NCBI RefSeq assembly: GCF_009914755.1
Contig: NC_060933.1
DNA: 64,000 nucleotides
Direction: 5' to 3' (one strand)
Origin: the human T2T-CHM13v2.0 reference genome, Homo sapiens
Shown here: piece by piece, positions 1 through 37,459 of the stretch
Numbering within the stretch: position 1 is the stretch's first letter
How the letters are laid out: every line of letters starts with the position of its first letter
Notes under the pieces: model-generated
The model's database searches: none
Told to the model about the DNA's origin: nothing
Seen by the model: only the letters and a program-made list of their open reading frames with translations
Made by a program: the position numbers and the translations under genes

Positions 1-79
1 GTCCCCTGACCTCAGGTGATCCACCTGCCTCGGCCTCCCAAAGTGCTGGGATTACAGACATGAACCACTGTGCCCGGCT
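1..79 (-). mobile_element. Alu left-arm end (cut by window edge)
   Basis: ctcccaaagtgctgggattaca. Confidence 0.9.
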
Positions 80-209
80 GATATGGTCGTTTCTTGTAAG
101 AGCTTCAGCATTACTTAACAATAAAAAATGTTCTAAGTAATGGAAGATTATATGAAAAGAAGGATTTAAACTCCATCTGTCACTTCTCAGTTACATTTTA
201 CGACATAGC

Positions 210-665
210 ATTTTATTTTGATTGTGGTGAATCATATAATTACCATTTTAACCATTTTTAAGAGTACAGTTCAGTGACATTAAGTATATTCACTGTGAAG
301 TGTAACCAGCATCATGACCTATTTTCTAAACTTTTTCTTCATTCCACACTGAAACTTTGAAGCTGTTAAATAGTAACTAATTTTTCCCCCTTGCCTTCAT
401 TCTCTGGTAATCTCAATTCTCCTTTCTGTCTTTATGAATTTGTTTATTCTGGGCACCTTGTAGAAGTGGAGTCATAAAATATTTGTCCTTTAGTGTCTGT
501 TTTATTTCACTTAGTATAATTATCTCAAGATTCATCCATGTTGTAGCATGTCTCTGAATTTCATCCCTTTTAATGGCTGAATAACATTCCGTTGTTTGTA
601 TAATTCATCTGTTGATGGATGCTTGGGTTGTTCCCACCTTTGGGTTATTGTGAATCATGCCGTTC
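210..665 (-). mobile_element. Old L1 (L1MB-like) 3' end
   Basis: Typical antisense L1M 3'UTR: accattttaaccatttttaagagtacagttcagtg...ttcatccatgttgtagcatg. Confidence 0.8.
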
Positions 666-700
666 TCTTTTGGATGCTGTAAATGTTTGGTAGACTCTAG

Positions 701-1096
<396 letters not shown>

Positions 1097-1168
1097 TTCC
1101 TGGAGCTCCTTAGTCCACCATCTTCCATGACCTTGTCACGATATTAGCTGTTAAATAGCTACTATTTA

Positions 1169-1639
<471 letters not shown>

Positions 1640-1731
1640 TTACATAAACTGGTTTGTAATATGTTTTGAAACTTAATATGAATATGTTTTAGCTATCTTT
1701 TCATGAGAGAACATGCATGTCTAAGTGTAGG

Positions 1732-2032
1732 TTTTTTTTTTTTTTTTTTTTGAGACCCAATCTCTTTCTGTTGCCTAGGCTGGAGTTTAATGGCATGATC
1801 TTGGCTCACTGCAACCTCTGTCTCCAGGTTCAAGTGATTCTCTTGTCTCAGCCTCCCGAGTAGTTGGGACTACAGGCACCCACCACCATGCCTGGGTAAT
1901 TTTTGTATTTTTAGTAGATACAAGGTTTCATCATATTGGTCAGGCTGGTCTTCAGCTGGTGACCTGAGGTGATCCACCTGCCTCAGCCTCCCAAAGTGCT
2001 GAGATTATAGGCTTGAGCCACTGAGCCCGGCC
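1732..2032 (-). mobile_element. AluS
   Basis: Full dimer. TSD taagtgtag. Confidence 0.92.
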
Positions 2033-2185
2033 TAAGTGTAGTTTTTAAATGCCGTGTAGTGTATATGCTGTACTTCATTTCTATTGCTGGACACTTAAGT
2101 TGTTTCAGCCTTTTCCTTAATACAAAAGATGTCGCAGGAAACTTTATATGTCCTTACAATTTTTGTTTGTTTTTGAGACAGAGTT

Positions 2186-3355
<1,170 letters not shown>

Positions 3356-3369
3356 TATATATATATATA

Positions 3370-3790
3370 TTCTTGAGGAAGTGTGCCTAGCAGGTAAATT
3401 TTTTGAAGCTTTATTCTAACTTTATACTTGAAATTACTTGGCTGGGTATAGAATTCTAGATTGGAAATCCTGTAGCTTTAGAATTTCGAGGACATTACTG
3501 TATTGGGTTCTTAGTTCCAAAGATGATGTTTGAAATTCAAGAATGTTCTAAATCCTGTGCATGGTATGTGAAGAGTTTTTTCTTCTGGAAGTTTGCAGGA
3601 CTCTGTGTGTCCCTGATTTCTTAAATTTCACATTGCTGTAGGTACTTTTAAACTCATGTTTTTCAGCATTGGGAAATTTTCTTGAATTATTTCAAGATAT
3701 TTTCTCCTCTATGTTTTTCCTCATGTTTTTTGGGGAGCACCCATTATCTGGATATAGAACAGTCTGAATTAATTCTTCTAATTAACATAT
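3370..3790 (-). mobile_element. Old L1M fragment (ORF1 region)
   Basis: Motif ggctgggtatagaattctagattggaaat and T-rich antisense L1M character. Confidence 0.55.
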
Positions 3791-3794
3791 CTTT

Positions 3795-4425
3795 TTCTCT
3801 TTTTTTTCCTTTATTTGTTTTTGAGACAGAATCTTGCTTTGTGGCTTAGGCTGGAGTGCAGGGGTGCGATCAAGGCTCACTGCAGCCTCAGCCTCCTGGG
3901 CTCAAGCGATATTCTTATCTCAGCCCCGACCATGCACAGTGCTGTGATTACAGGTATGAGCCACTGTGCCCAGCCTCTTATTTTCAGTTTAGGCAGCTGC
4001 TGCTTCTTTTTTTTTTTTTTTTTTGAGACAGGGTCTGCTCTTGCTCTGCTGCCTAAGCTGGAGTGCAGTGGTGCGAACATAGCTTACTGCAACCTCTGCC
4101 TCCTGGGCTCAAGAGATTCTCCCACCTCAGCCTCCTAAGTAGCTGAGACTGTAGGCACCTGCTACCACACCCAGCTAATTTTTATATTTTTAGTAGAGAT
4201 GGGTTTTGCTGTGTTGCCCAGGCTGTTCTTGAACTCCTGAGCTCAATTGATCTACCTGCCTTAGCCTCTCATTGTGCTAGGATTACAGAGCCACCACACC
4301 TGGCCTGTTCTTGTTTTTTAATAGAGACAGTGTCTCAATATGTTGCCCAGGCTGGTCTCAAACTCTGGGCTCAAGCATTCCTCCTACAGTGTTAAGATTG
4401 CAGGTGTGATCCACTGGGCTTAGCC
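3795..4425 (-). mobile_element. Cluster of antisense AluJ-type elements
   Basis: Alu blocks with J-type ctcctgggctcaag. Confidence 0.85.
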
Positions 4426-4604
4426 AACATTCTGTTTTTGATGTCTTGGTTTTGATGTCTTGATCATGGTTGTCGTTTCTCCTATTAACTCCCTGAAGAC
4501 ATCATGTATATACAGATATATAGGTAAATATATATAGCTTATATAGAAGTATACATAGTTTTATGTATGTGTAATTATATGTCTCATATATAAGCCATTA
4601 TTTA

Positions 4605-4931
4605 CAGTTGTCCTTCAGTATCCATAGGGGGAGTTCCAAGGACCCCCACTGATACCAAAATCTTGAATGGTCAAGTCCCTTATATAAAATGATATAGTAT
4701 TTACATTTAACCTGTGCACATTCTCCCATATGCTTTATTTTTTTAATTTATTTTTTTGAGATGGAGTTTTGCTCTGTTGCCCAGGCTGGAGTGCAGTGGC
4801 AGTCTAGCTGTATTTTTTAGTTTGTATTATTTTTTATTGCTTTTTTTACTGTTTTTTTTTTCTTGTTTTTTTTTCGCTTGAATATTTTTGATCCACTGTT
4901 GGTAGAACCCAGGGATATGGAGGGCCTACTG
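4605..4931 (+). mobile_element. MER2 (TcMar-Tigger) DNA transposon with a short internal Alu fragment
   Basis: TIRs cagttgtccttcagtatcc...ggatatggagggcctactg, preceded by TA. Typical 'caagtcccttatataaaatg' core. Confidence 0.8.
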
Positions 4932-5386
4932 TGTATACGTATATAATGTTTATATATATGTATGTACATATATATATACATTTTTAATACATTTTACTTT
5001 TCCTGCATGGACTGTTTTCTTCACGTTGAGTTGTATTTTAAGTGTTTCATGGTAAACTTTCCTGAGATGTTTGCTAATGTTAATCTGCTTAATAGTTTTT
5101 TTTTAAATTGAGGTGTATGTACATACAATAAAATGTGTATATCTTGGCTGGGCATGGTGGCTCACGCCTGTGATCCCAGAACTTCGGGAGGCTGAGACAG
5201 GTGGATTATGGATTCTTAATTTACTACAGTTTAGTTTATGTTAGTTGGTTTTATTACTTCCCAGGAAATGCAAGAACCGTACATTTAGCTCTTTACCTCC
5301 TTCTTGTCCTTTGCCCTATTGATGGTATATTTTCTTATAAACCTCTAAAGCAACAGTATTATTGTTTTACATAGTTGCTGTGGTCT

Positions 5387-6160
<774 letters not shown>

Positions 6161-6299
6161 TAGCTAGTCCTTTTCACTACTTGAGAATGCAGCAAGAAGG
6201 CATCGTATATGAAGAATGGGCCCTTACTAGACTCCAGATTTGTTGGTGTCTTGGTCTTCCCAGTCTCCAGAACTGTGAGAAATAAATTACTGTTGTTTA

Positions 6300-6604
<305 letters not shown>

Positions 6605-6739
6605 TTATAAGCCACCCAGTTTATGACTTTTGGTATAGCAGCTTGAATGAACTAAGTAGGTATGTTTTCTAAGTTGCTTTTAATATTTGTATGTAAAATT
6701 AGCAGAAAACGTCTCTTTCACAAACATACAGATAGTGCT

Positions 6740-13425
<6,686 letters not shown>

Positions 13426-13688
13426 ATATTTTCCTTAACAGTGTTTCTCATTTCTTCCTGAAGTGGTACTTTTATCTGAGAGATTTTCCTTCAGCTTAGT
13501 GAACTTTTAATAATTTTTATAGTGCAGATCTGCTGTCAACAACCCGTCTCAGTTTTTATTTGCCTGAAAACATCTTTATTTTGCTTTTTTTTTTTTTGAA
13601 GGTTTTTTTTTTTCTGGATATAAAATTATAGGCTGGGTTTTTTTCCCCCTTTCAGTACTATGAAGTTTTCATTTTATTGTTTTCTGGC

Positions 13689-15494
<1,806 letters not shown>

Positions 15495-15536
15495 TAATCT
15501 TAAAATGAGAAAGTTGTTTAATTTATCAGAGAACTA

Positions 15537-15870
<334 letters not shown>

Positions 15871-16044
15871 TTATTGAGTGATTAATATGTGCACTGCTCT
15901 GTGCTGAGTAGGGAAATATCCTTATCTTTTTGTGTGTGTAGGTGTGTATATACACAAACATATATATGTATACCGAATATTTAAAGAAATATCTGTTATA
16001 TATAGGTATATATAAAGAGATATGTAAGTAATATCAAACAACCA

Positions 16045-16165
16045 TTAGTTACTTAGCTGTGTGACCCTGTGTAAGTTTCTTAAATTCTTTGTATTCATTT
16101 TCCTTATTTGTAATACAGGTTTGTTGATAATAACTGCCTCATAGGGTTGTTTTAAGAATCAAGAG
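16045..16165 (+). mobile_element. MIR core fragment
   Basis: acttagctgtgtgacc.tgtgtaagtt.ctt...ctcatagggttgtt. Confidence 0.7.
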
Positions 16166-16459
16166 TATGGATGGACGCCTGTAATCCCAGCACTTTGGGA
16201 GGCTGAGGCAGGCAGGGTGCTTGAGCTCAGGAGTTCAAGACCAGCCTGGACAACATGGTGAAACCTCATCTCTACTTAAAAAAAAAAAAAAAAGTCAGGC
16301 GGTGTGGTGGCATGTGCTGCTAGTTCCAGCTGCCTAGGAGGCTGACATGGGAGGGTGACTTGAGCCCAAGAGGTGGAGGTTGCAGTGAGCCAAGCCAAGA
16401 TCTTACTACTGCGCTCCAGCCTGGGCAACAGAACCAGACCCCCTCTTTGTATTTCTTAC

Positions 16460-16570
16460 ACCAACCCAATGAGACAAGTACCACTGACCCAATTCTATAT
16501 GTATAGGAAACTAAGGTTCACAGGGAGTTGTCCAAGGTTTCAGTGATTAGTTTACATTCCTGGTTCTGCA
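16460..16570 (-). mobile_element. MIR fragment
   Basis: ccaattctatatgtataggaaactaaggttcacag...gtccaagg. Confidence 0.55.
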
Positions 16571-17779
16571 GCCTATACAAGTTTGTCTGCCTATATCTAT
16601 ATTTTTTCCTGCCTCCAAAGCAGGTGACACTTGGATATTTACACAGAAATTTGTCAGGCAGTTGTTTGGTAAGAGGACCAGAGAAACGCACTGGGCTGGA
16701 GTCTGTGACAGAGTACAGCCTTGAGAGAAGTACGTGGGGCATGGCAAGCAGAAACTAAATATGCTATCAGAACAAGAATTTTGGAATTAGAGCACACAGT
16801 GGTATTCAGCTTGGCGTCCAGTAATTAGACCATTAAGGATTGGATTGAGGCTGAGGATCTAGAGCTCTAAAAATCAAGTCAGAATTTCTCTTAGGAGTTA
16901 GGGATGCCCAGATTCTGTGGATGTGTTTAAAGTGGCAGCAACTGCAAAGAGGATCGCTGCAGAGACTGGGCGTGAGGCTGCCATTAGTTGCTTCATTTCT
17001 CAGTCACCTGTAACCATTCTTCATTCCATGATACTAGATCTACTATTCCCTGATAAATCAGCTGAACAGACGAGCCTACCAAACTCATGGTTTGATGCCC
17101 TCTGCAATACCAAGTTTCATCTGTGTCCTTATGGCTGATAACTGACTTGCATATCTAGCTTCCCGACTTCTGGCTTAATCTTAACCTCTTAAATTTGCCT
17201 GCCCCTACAAATCCTGCCAATCGGGATTCCTTTTTGCCTTCATATTACTGATTTCAAACTTGTTTTGTTCCTTTTTTACATTTAATTGTTTATTTATAAA
17301 AATAGTTCACATATATAGTTTTAAGAGTAACATGTGGTGTAAGACTTACAATAAGGAACAATCAGTTCCCTACTCTTCCCCATTATTCACTAGCAACCCC
17401 TTTCAGCTCTTATAAAAATGGAGAGAAAGTGAGTCTTTTGTTTACTTCCTATGGTTACCTCCAGCATAAAGCCACACTTCAGGTGAGCCCTGCCCCCAGA
17501 TGCAGTCACTTAGGCCAATATTTACTTAAACCAAATTTTTTGGTTATTGTTCTAGAGTTCAGTTCATAATCATACTTCTCATTAATACTTCTTAAACATT
17601 TTGGCCTTCCAGGCCTTTTCTTGCTTGTTGGTATGCATATGTGTATTAATTTCTTTTTACTTCCATTCCCACTTCTATTCCCCTCTGAATCCTTAGGCAA
17701 ACATTGTAGTATGTTTGTTCGTATCCTTTGGTAGGCACTCTTTTTAAAAACAATTAAAATAAAAATTTTTAAACAACCA

Positions 17780-18410
17780 CAAACTTACAAATTCAAAGAA
17801 CTATTTTCCTGAACCATTTGAGGGTGAGTTGCCAACCTCTGATAGTTTCACCATTCCTCTGAATATTTTAAAGTGTATTTCCTACAGACAAGTGCATTCC
17901 ACATCATTATAATTATTATCAACAATTATGAAGTTAATAATTCTCAGCCCCCATTTAGTTTTGTCAGTTATAATAATGTTCTTCATAGCAGAAGGATCTG
18001 GTTCAGAGCCAAGTATTTGCTTTTAGTTATCCTGTTTGTGTAGTCTCTTTCAGCCTGTAATTGTTCCTTAGTCATGTCCTAGACTTTCATGACCTTTATA
18101 GTTTCGGCAGTACAGGTCACTTACTTTGTGGAATCTCCTTCAATTTGGGTAAATTTTCCCTATGTTCTTTATATTCTTTTTAGGTGGTACATGATTTTGA
18201 TTTGTCTCATTTCTGGTGATGTCCACTTGGGTCACTTAGAAGATGTTTGCCAAGCTTCTCCACTATCAAGTTACTTTTTCCTTGTAATTCATGAGTATTT
18301 TGTGAGGAGGTGCTTTGAAACTACATAAACATCCTATTGCTATTGAACTTCTAATTTATTCATTTATTTATATCTCAATGGACTCATCTCCTATTTCATT
18401 AAATGGGTAG
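17780..18410 (-). mobile_element. Old L1MC-type 3' fragment
   Basis: ctgaaccatttgagggtgagttgcc...ctggtgatgtccacttgggtcactt. Confidence 0.55.
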
Positions 18411-18700
18411 TAATGGTATACATTCACATAAAGTGTGTTTTACATGCATGCATATTACATTGGCATAAATAGTATTATTTTAATATATAACTATATAAAA
18501 GTATTAAAATATTATCTACATCGAGAAAGTCATATCTAGAAGGGTCAGGATAATTATCTGATTGGTAGTAAGACTCCACCGTAATGAGATAGGTGGGGTT
18601 CAACATATTTAATTAGGCCGGGTGCAGTGGCTCAGGCCTGTAATCCCAGCACTTTGGGAGGGTGAGGGTGAGGACTGCTGAGACCAGGAGTTCGACATCA

Positions 18701-18910
<210 letters not shown>

Positions 18911-18994
18911 TCACACTAGTGTTATTTCTAGCTGGCCCGGAGTTACAGGAATCCAGCTGCATGATCCAAATCTGACCTGGTCCTAGCTGTGGTT

Positions 18995-19013
18995 TGCTGC
19001 CACCTGGTGACAG
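18995..19013 (-). promoter_or_regulatory. Candidate CTCF binding site
   Basis: Minus strand CTGTCACCAGGTGGCAGCA, one mismatch to the CCASYAGRKGGCRS core, in non-repeat sequence. Confidence 0.55.
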
Positions 19014-19343
19014 TTGTCCACTTGAGTATAAATATAAATGGGGACAAATCTGGCTAAGACTTCCACACATTGGCAGCAATTTCAGGTATGGTTAGTTGAT
19101 GCCAAGTTCTTTGGCACAATCCTGGGAGATTGGGCGAGGAGAATGCTGTGAATGAGAAAGACCCATTCTTTGCTTCCTTGCTTTCTAAGACAGGTGGCCT
19201 ATTTTCTTCTTCTAGGCCTTGCTTTGCCTCTGTGAGGGCCATACTGAATGGTAGGTAACTGCGTTTACTGTTCTATTGATGATTTTAATTTTATCTTAAG
19301 TTTTCTTCATATTAACAAGTATGGGGCCGGGTGCAGTGGCTCA

Positions 19344-19616
<273 letters not shown>

Positions 19617-19874
19617 TTAATTTTTAACAAAGGAAAAAAAAGCAGTTAAGATGGAAGGCCCAACTGTTTTAGCAGTAAGAGAAACCATGTGGATGATTTG
19701 TGTAGGAACTATTTTCCAGCACTTCAGAAATTTGTTTCAAGTATTTATTTAAGGCCTACTATCTGTACTTGGTTCTGAGTATGTAAAAATATTCTCTCTC
19801 CCTCTGTCTCAAAAAAAAAAAAAAAGATTCTCTCTTCTAAAGCAAGACTTACCTGGCTTTACCTTTTCTCTCTC

Positions 19875-21622
<1,748 letters not shown>

Positions 21623-22382
21623 ATGATAGTTAATTCATATATTTTTCTCTGCATTCTCTCATTTGTTACTTGACATATTTTGTTACTGTAATTTCTAGGT
21701 CACAAACATGCAGGCTTGTTTGTTATGGTTGTATCTTCTTGTTTTATTATTCCTTTTAGCAGTACATACTGCCCCTCATGGCATTTTTTTGTCTTGAATT
21801 TCATTTTATCAGATTGTTTCTTCAGCTTTCCTTCAGTTTATTTTTTTCCTGTGATATTTTTCTCTCATTTTTTGTGTTTTGTAGATAACATTGTTGGATT
21901 TTGGAACAGATGGACCAAGAACTTAAAATAAGCATGATAATATGTTTAAGAAACTTAGGAATTCAGAATGGTATATTTTATCTGGTTTTTGTCCATCTTT
22001 GATACAGTTGTATGTACTCTTTGAGTGATTAATTATTTTGGTTCATGAGTTTGTTTTTCCTGGGGTTTTCAGCTACTCTGTTTGGTTATGTATATTGGGG
22101 AAATAATGGAAATCCAAGTTCGATTCAAGTTCTTGTCTGCTTCTGAGAGGAGGGTGATCCCCAGGCAACACAAAATCAGCATTGATCATTCCTGATTGCT
22201 GTCATTTTACCATGTAACAACACTGGACACAGTTGTACTTTGAAACTCCTAGACAGTAGTGGAAGGAGACCTTCTTTTAAAATTATAATCTACCAGCCAG
22301 GAAACTTGTAAGAGGAAAGGCTGGAACAGTGGATGCTGAGGATGGCCAGTCAGCCTGCATCTGTTTTCATTGAAACCTTACA

Positions 22383-22655
<273 letters not shown>

Positions 22656-23228
22656 TTATACTAGCAGGGCTCTTACCCTGTCCTGGTTTTACCGTGTACA
22701 CACTTGGCAAGCAAGGGACAGGGAATGATTTTCCCAAAGCATAAATGGGTGAGAACCAAGGACAAAATGTAAATGCTTTTTTTCACCCTTCCCCACGTAG
22801 CCCTCCTACTCCCGGTCAGTCCTCAGCAAAGCATTATTTTCTGAAGTTTTTTATTTACTTGTATCAATGTAATACTGTATGTATATGTAATTTTAAAAAT
22901 TAAAAAACTATTAATACTAGGCTTATGATGTGAAACAGTAGTTTCTTGCTTTACCTATTCCCTCCCACATTTCCTCTCTCTAGTCTTGTTTGTTTTCTGG
23001 TACATTACTTACCACTAGATTTCTAAATAGTGTGCTCATATTGCTAGTTAATGATTTTTAAATTTTTAGCATTTTCTATTGATTTACTATTGTGGAACAT
23101 GAGTTTAGCTCTTTCATACCACTCAGCCTTACCTTTACCACCATTTTCCCTTCCTTTATCTTTCCCATTATAGTGATAGCAATATCAAGTGTTTATGTTA
23201 TTTTAACTATATATAAATACTATGTTGA

Positions 23229-26691
<3,463 letters not shown>

Positions 26692-27202
26692 CTTTTTTTT
26701 TTTTAAAAAAATAGCATTTTAGGAGGGCACGTTTCTCAAGTAATTATGTAAAAGGAAGTTCTTTTGATTGGGAAGAAAACCTTCCTGACAGGCAAAATAT
26801 TGATACACAAGCCTCTTTTCCTCCTGACATTTTAGCCTTTTGTGTAAGTTTATGTTTTTATTACCATCCCCTTTCCTCTGATTCCTAGTTGCTTTCCCCT
26901 GACATTTTCTGTCATTAATTAGGTTATAAGTGGCAGATACATTTTTGGAAGAGACTCCAGCATCCTGTGGTAGTGACCTGTTACTACGCCCTACCACTCT
27001 TTGGCTGTGTAAAAACATTGCTGTCAATACCTTTTCCTTTGTTCATTCTTTGAATTCTTGTGTGCTTGAAATCAGAATTTTCACAGATTCATGGTTGTAT
27101 GACATCAGATTTTCATTTTTTGTTTGACTTTATTTGTTTTATTTGTTTGAATTTTCTTCTTTCTAGGGGTGGTGTGGTAAAATAGAATATGAGTTAACTC
27201 AA

Positions 27203-28737
<1,535 letters not shown>

Positions 28738-29504
28738 TGTTGATCCACTTTCATAGTTGGTAATAAAACTTTATTGCTTATCATTTGGTATGATAAACAA
28801 CCAAAAGTTAGTGATTTCGATGTCTTCCTTATTCTCTTTTGCCTTTGCCATCATTATAACCTAGACTTTTGCTCCTTCATATCTGGTAGTTTAACCCCAT
28901 TCGGTTGTCATACACACCTCATATCCAGAACTTCTTTCGTTATGTTAGCCGCCTGCCCAAGAATTTGGGAGTGTCTTTTCCTGCTGGCTAAATTAGACAG
29001 AACTGCCAAAGATAGTATATAGGCAAACTGCTCATTTCTTTTCTTGTCAATAAGCTTGATGTTTGACATATATTTCTCTCTTTGGCTGAATTACATGCCG
29101 TGTGCTCTCATTTTTTCCCACTAGTATGCACAAAAAAATGCTATCCTATATTTTTTAAAAGTTGCTGACACACTTTGCTTATAGGAGTGGTTTTCTAGCT
29201 AAGCTTCTCAGAATCCTCAAAAAATCTATGAATAGTCTGGTAAGTAGTAGAGTATGTTTCTTCTTTTTGGCTTGTGTCCTTTGCCTGTTTTACTGTAGAA
29301 GGGTTTGTCTTTATGTCTTGATTTAGAAACACTCATATAACGCTTTGAAAAAAATTTTAAACATTTCCCCCATTTTGTGGTTTTGCCTTTAACATATAAA
29401 CAGTATGTTTTGTTATATAGAATTGTTTAACTTTTATTTTATAAAATTCATCTATTACTTTCTTTAAGGTTTTTAATCTTTGGTGTCATGCCTAAAGAAA
29501 GTAT

Positions 29505-33122
<3,618 letters not shown>

Positions 33123-33129
33123 AACATTT

Positions 33130-34288
33130 TTAATTTGATCAAAACATGTGAAGGTAGAAAGTTGTATGTGTCATAAATATAGCAGTTGGTGGATTTTCAC
33201 ACACTGGGGCATCTGTATATCTAGTCTTCAGATCATGAAAAAAGAAAATTGCCAGTACTACAAGAAGCCCTTTCTTGTGTTCTCTTACAGAACCATCTTC
33301 CCATCTCCCAGGATAATCCCTATCCTAATTTCTAACAGTATGAATTAATTTTGCTTATTCTTGAATTTCATAATAGAGTCATACTCTTTATTCATAGGAG
33401 TTCTTTATATACTGTGCATATTAAATCATTTGTTGGATTGTGTATGTGAATCCACATACATGTATTGTGAATAACTTCTTCCACTCTGTGGCTTGCTTGT
33501 TCCCTGTTTTAATGATTTTTTCGATGAAACAGAAGTTCTTGGTTTTAATAAAATCAGAATTATCAATGTTTTCTTTTATGGATATTACTTTTTGTGTCCT
33601 ATTTTAAAACTTTTGTCCCCTCCAATGTCCTAAATATTCCTGGTTTTTTTGGTGGTAAAGTATATATAACATAAAATTCACCATTTCAGTCTCAATCTGC
33701 TGACCTTGTGATCTGCCCGCCTCGGCCTCCAAAAGTGCTGGGATTACAAGCGTGAACCACCGTGCCCGGCCATAATTTTTTTTATTTTTTGAATCTCTTT
33801 TGTGTCAGGCTTCTTTGTCATATATGTTGATGTGATTTACCCACATTATGTGTAGTTGTAGATCATTTGTTCTCATGCTAGGTAGTAATCTATAAATGAC
33901 TCTTCCACTTCATCCATTCTCCTATTGAGGGTCATTTGGGTAGTTTCAGATTTTGTCTGTATGTATATTCCTATTTATGAACATTTCAGTTTTTGTATTT
34001 TGGTGAAAATATTTATTAAGGAGTGGACTTTTTGAACCTTAGGCTACATATATGTACAGGTGTAGTAAGATTGCCAGTTTTCTAAGCTGGTTGTACCTGT
34101 TCTGCATTCCTATAAGCGCTATATGAGAGTTATGGTAGTTTTGCATCTTTGCTAGTCTTTTTCATTTTAGGTATTTTGCTTTTAATTTGCATTTCCTTGA
34201 TGACTAATGATGTTGAACACCATATTAACTGAATTTATTTACTGGCATTTAGATATCCTCTTTTGTGAAATGCCTGTTCAAGTCTTTT
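33130..34288 (-). mobile_element. Old L1M 3' fragments
   Basis: ttttaatttgcatttccttgatgactaatgatgttgaacac...gtgaaatgcctgttcaagtctttt. Confidence 0.65.
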
Positions 34289-34336
34289 GCTCACTGCAAG
34301 CTCTGCTTCCTGGGTACACGCCATTCTCCTTCCTCA

Positions 34337-34965
<629 letters not shown>

Positions 34966-35122
34966 TGACCTTAAAACCTGCAGCACATTATATAGCCTTA
35001 CTAGGGGGGATGTGTGTGTGTACACACACTTTTTTTTCCCACATACTATTATTGAACATTTTAAAGATTTGTAGTTGGCAGACTTTTGACACTTTGAGCA
35101 AGTTAATAAGAAAGCATGTTTT

Positions 35123-35251
35123 AACCACCCTTTTCTTGGGGTTGCGCTGCTGTCCAAGGATTGCATAACAAGGGCAGCACTGCTAATGCCTACACAACAC
35201 TCCCGCCTCAGCTAGAGCTTTGCTTTACCTTGGTGCAATTTTTGGAAAAAT
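35123..35251 (+). pseudogene. RNU4ATAC11P: U4atac minor-spliceosome snRNA pseudogene, full length (symbol recalled from annotation of this locus, needs checking)
   Basis: aaccacccttttcttggggttgcgct...ggtgcaatttttggaaaaat aligns end to end with recalled U4atac (about 18 differences in 130 nt). Sm site AATTTTTGG at 35237-35245. No poly(A) tail and no clear PSE. Confidence 0.93.
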
Positions 35252-35569
35252 GAAAACCTGCTCTACCCTCCCCCCAAAAAATATGTCTTGATTGCTTTTG
35301 CTGATGTTATGTTGGAAACATATCCTATGGCAGATGTGATCTGATGACGTAGCAGAAAAACTCAGCAGTGGGAATATCCTCATTTCACACTAAATCCAGG
35401 CACAAATCCAAATACAACAGTAACCACTACATTTGCCATCAGCTGAGCTATTACCAAGTACAATTGTATTTAGGACTAGGAAACTTTTTCACCTACTTAA
35501 TAGTATGTTAATAAATAGGTAGCAGGAATAATTGGGATATATTTCATTATTCATATGTAATTGTTTTTT

Positions 35570-37052
<1,483 letters not shown>

Positions 37053-37459
37053 TAATGTACTATGTTTGGGGAGAATAGGAAACCAAGGAAAGTTATGATG
37101 AGGGTACATTAAATTAAAAAGAGGATCTTGGGAGGAGCCAAGAAGTATGAGAACGAGTGAGTAGAAAAGTTAGAGCATTAGGAGACAGTGAAATTGGAGA
37201 ACCCCAGGAAATAAAGTGGTTCAAGAAGACAAAATGATAAATGGGAAAATGCTTTTTGGTAGTCATAGATGACTGGAAAATTATCTACTCCTCAATAAAT
37301 AGGTCATATGCATTTATGTCTATATTTTCTTAACTGTTAATTTCACAACTGAGTGAAGTGATACAGTTAGCTCAATGGCTGACATATAGTAAGCACTTAA
37401 TGAGTATTATTTATCACTACTTGGATCTGTCATTGTTCACTTATTTCCTCAATATAGAA

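Noticed and set aside
19845-19858. acttacctggc resembling the U1 snRNA 5' end (a perfect CAG|GTAAGT on the minus strand)
   Set aside because: The match is only about 11 nt with no further U1 homology, which is expected by chance in 64 kb. No antisense exon is evident.
35040-35122. snRNA promoter (PSE/DSE) upstream of the U4atac copy
   Set aside because: Only a weak resemblance (tgaacattttaaag), no octamer at the expected distance and no clear 3' box, so I did not call it a functional snRNA gene.
35341-35358. CUGAUGA-cguagca-GAAA hammerhead-like core
   Set aside because: No stem II can form and there is no stem III or cleavage triplet.
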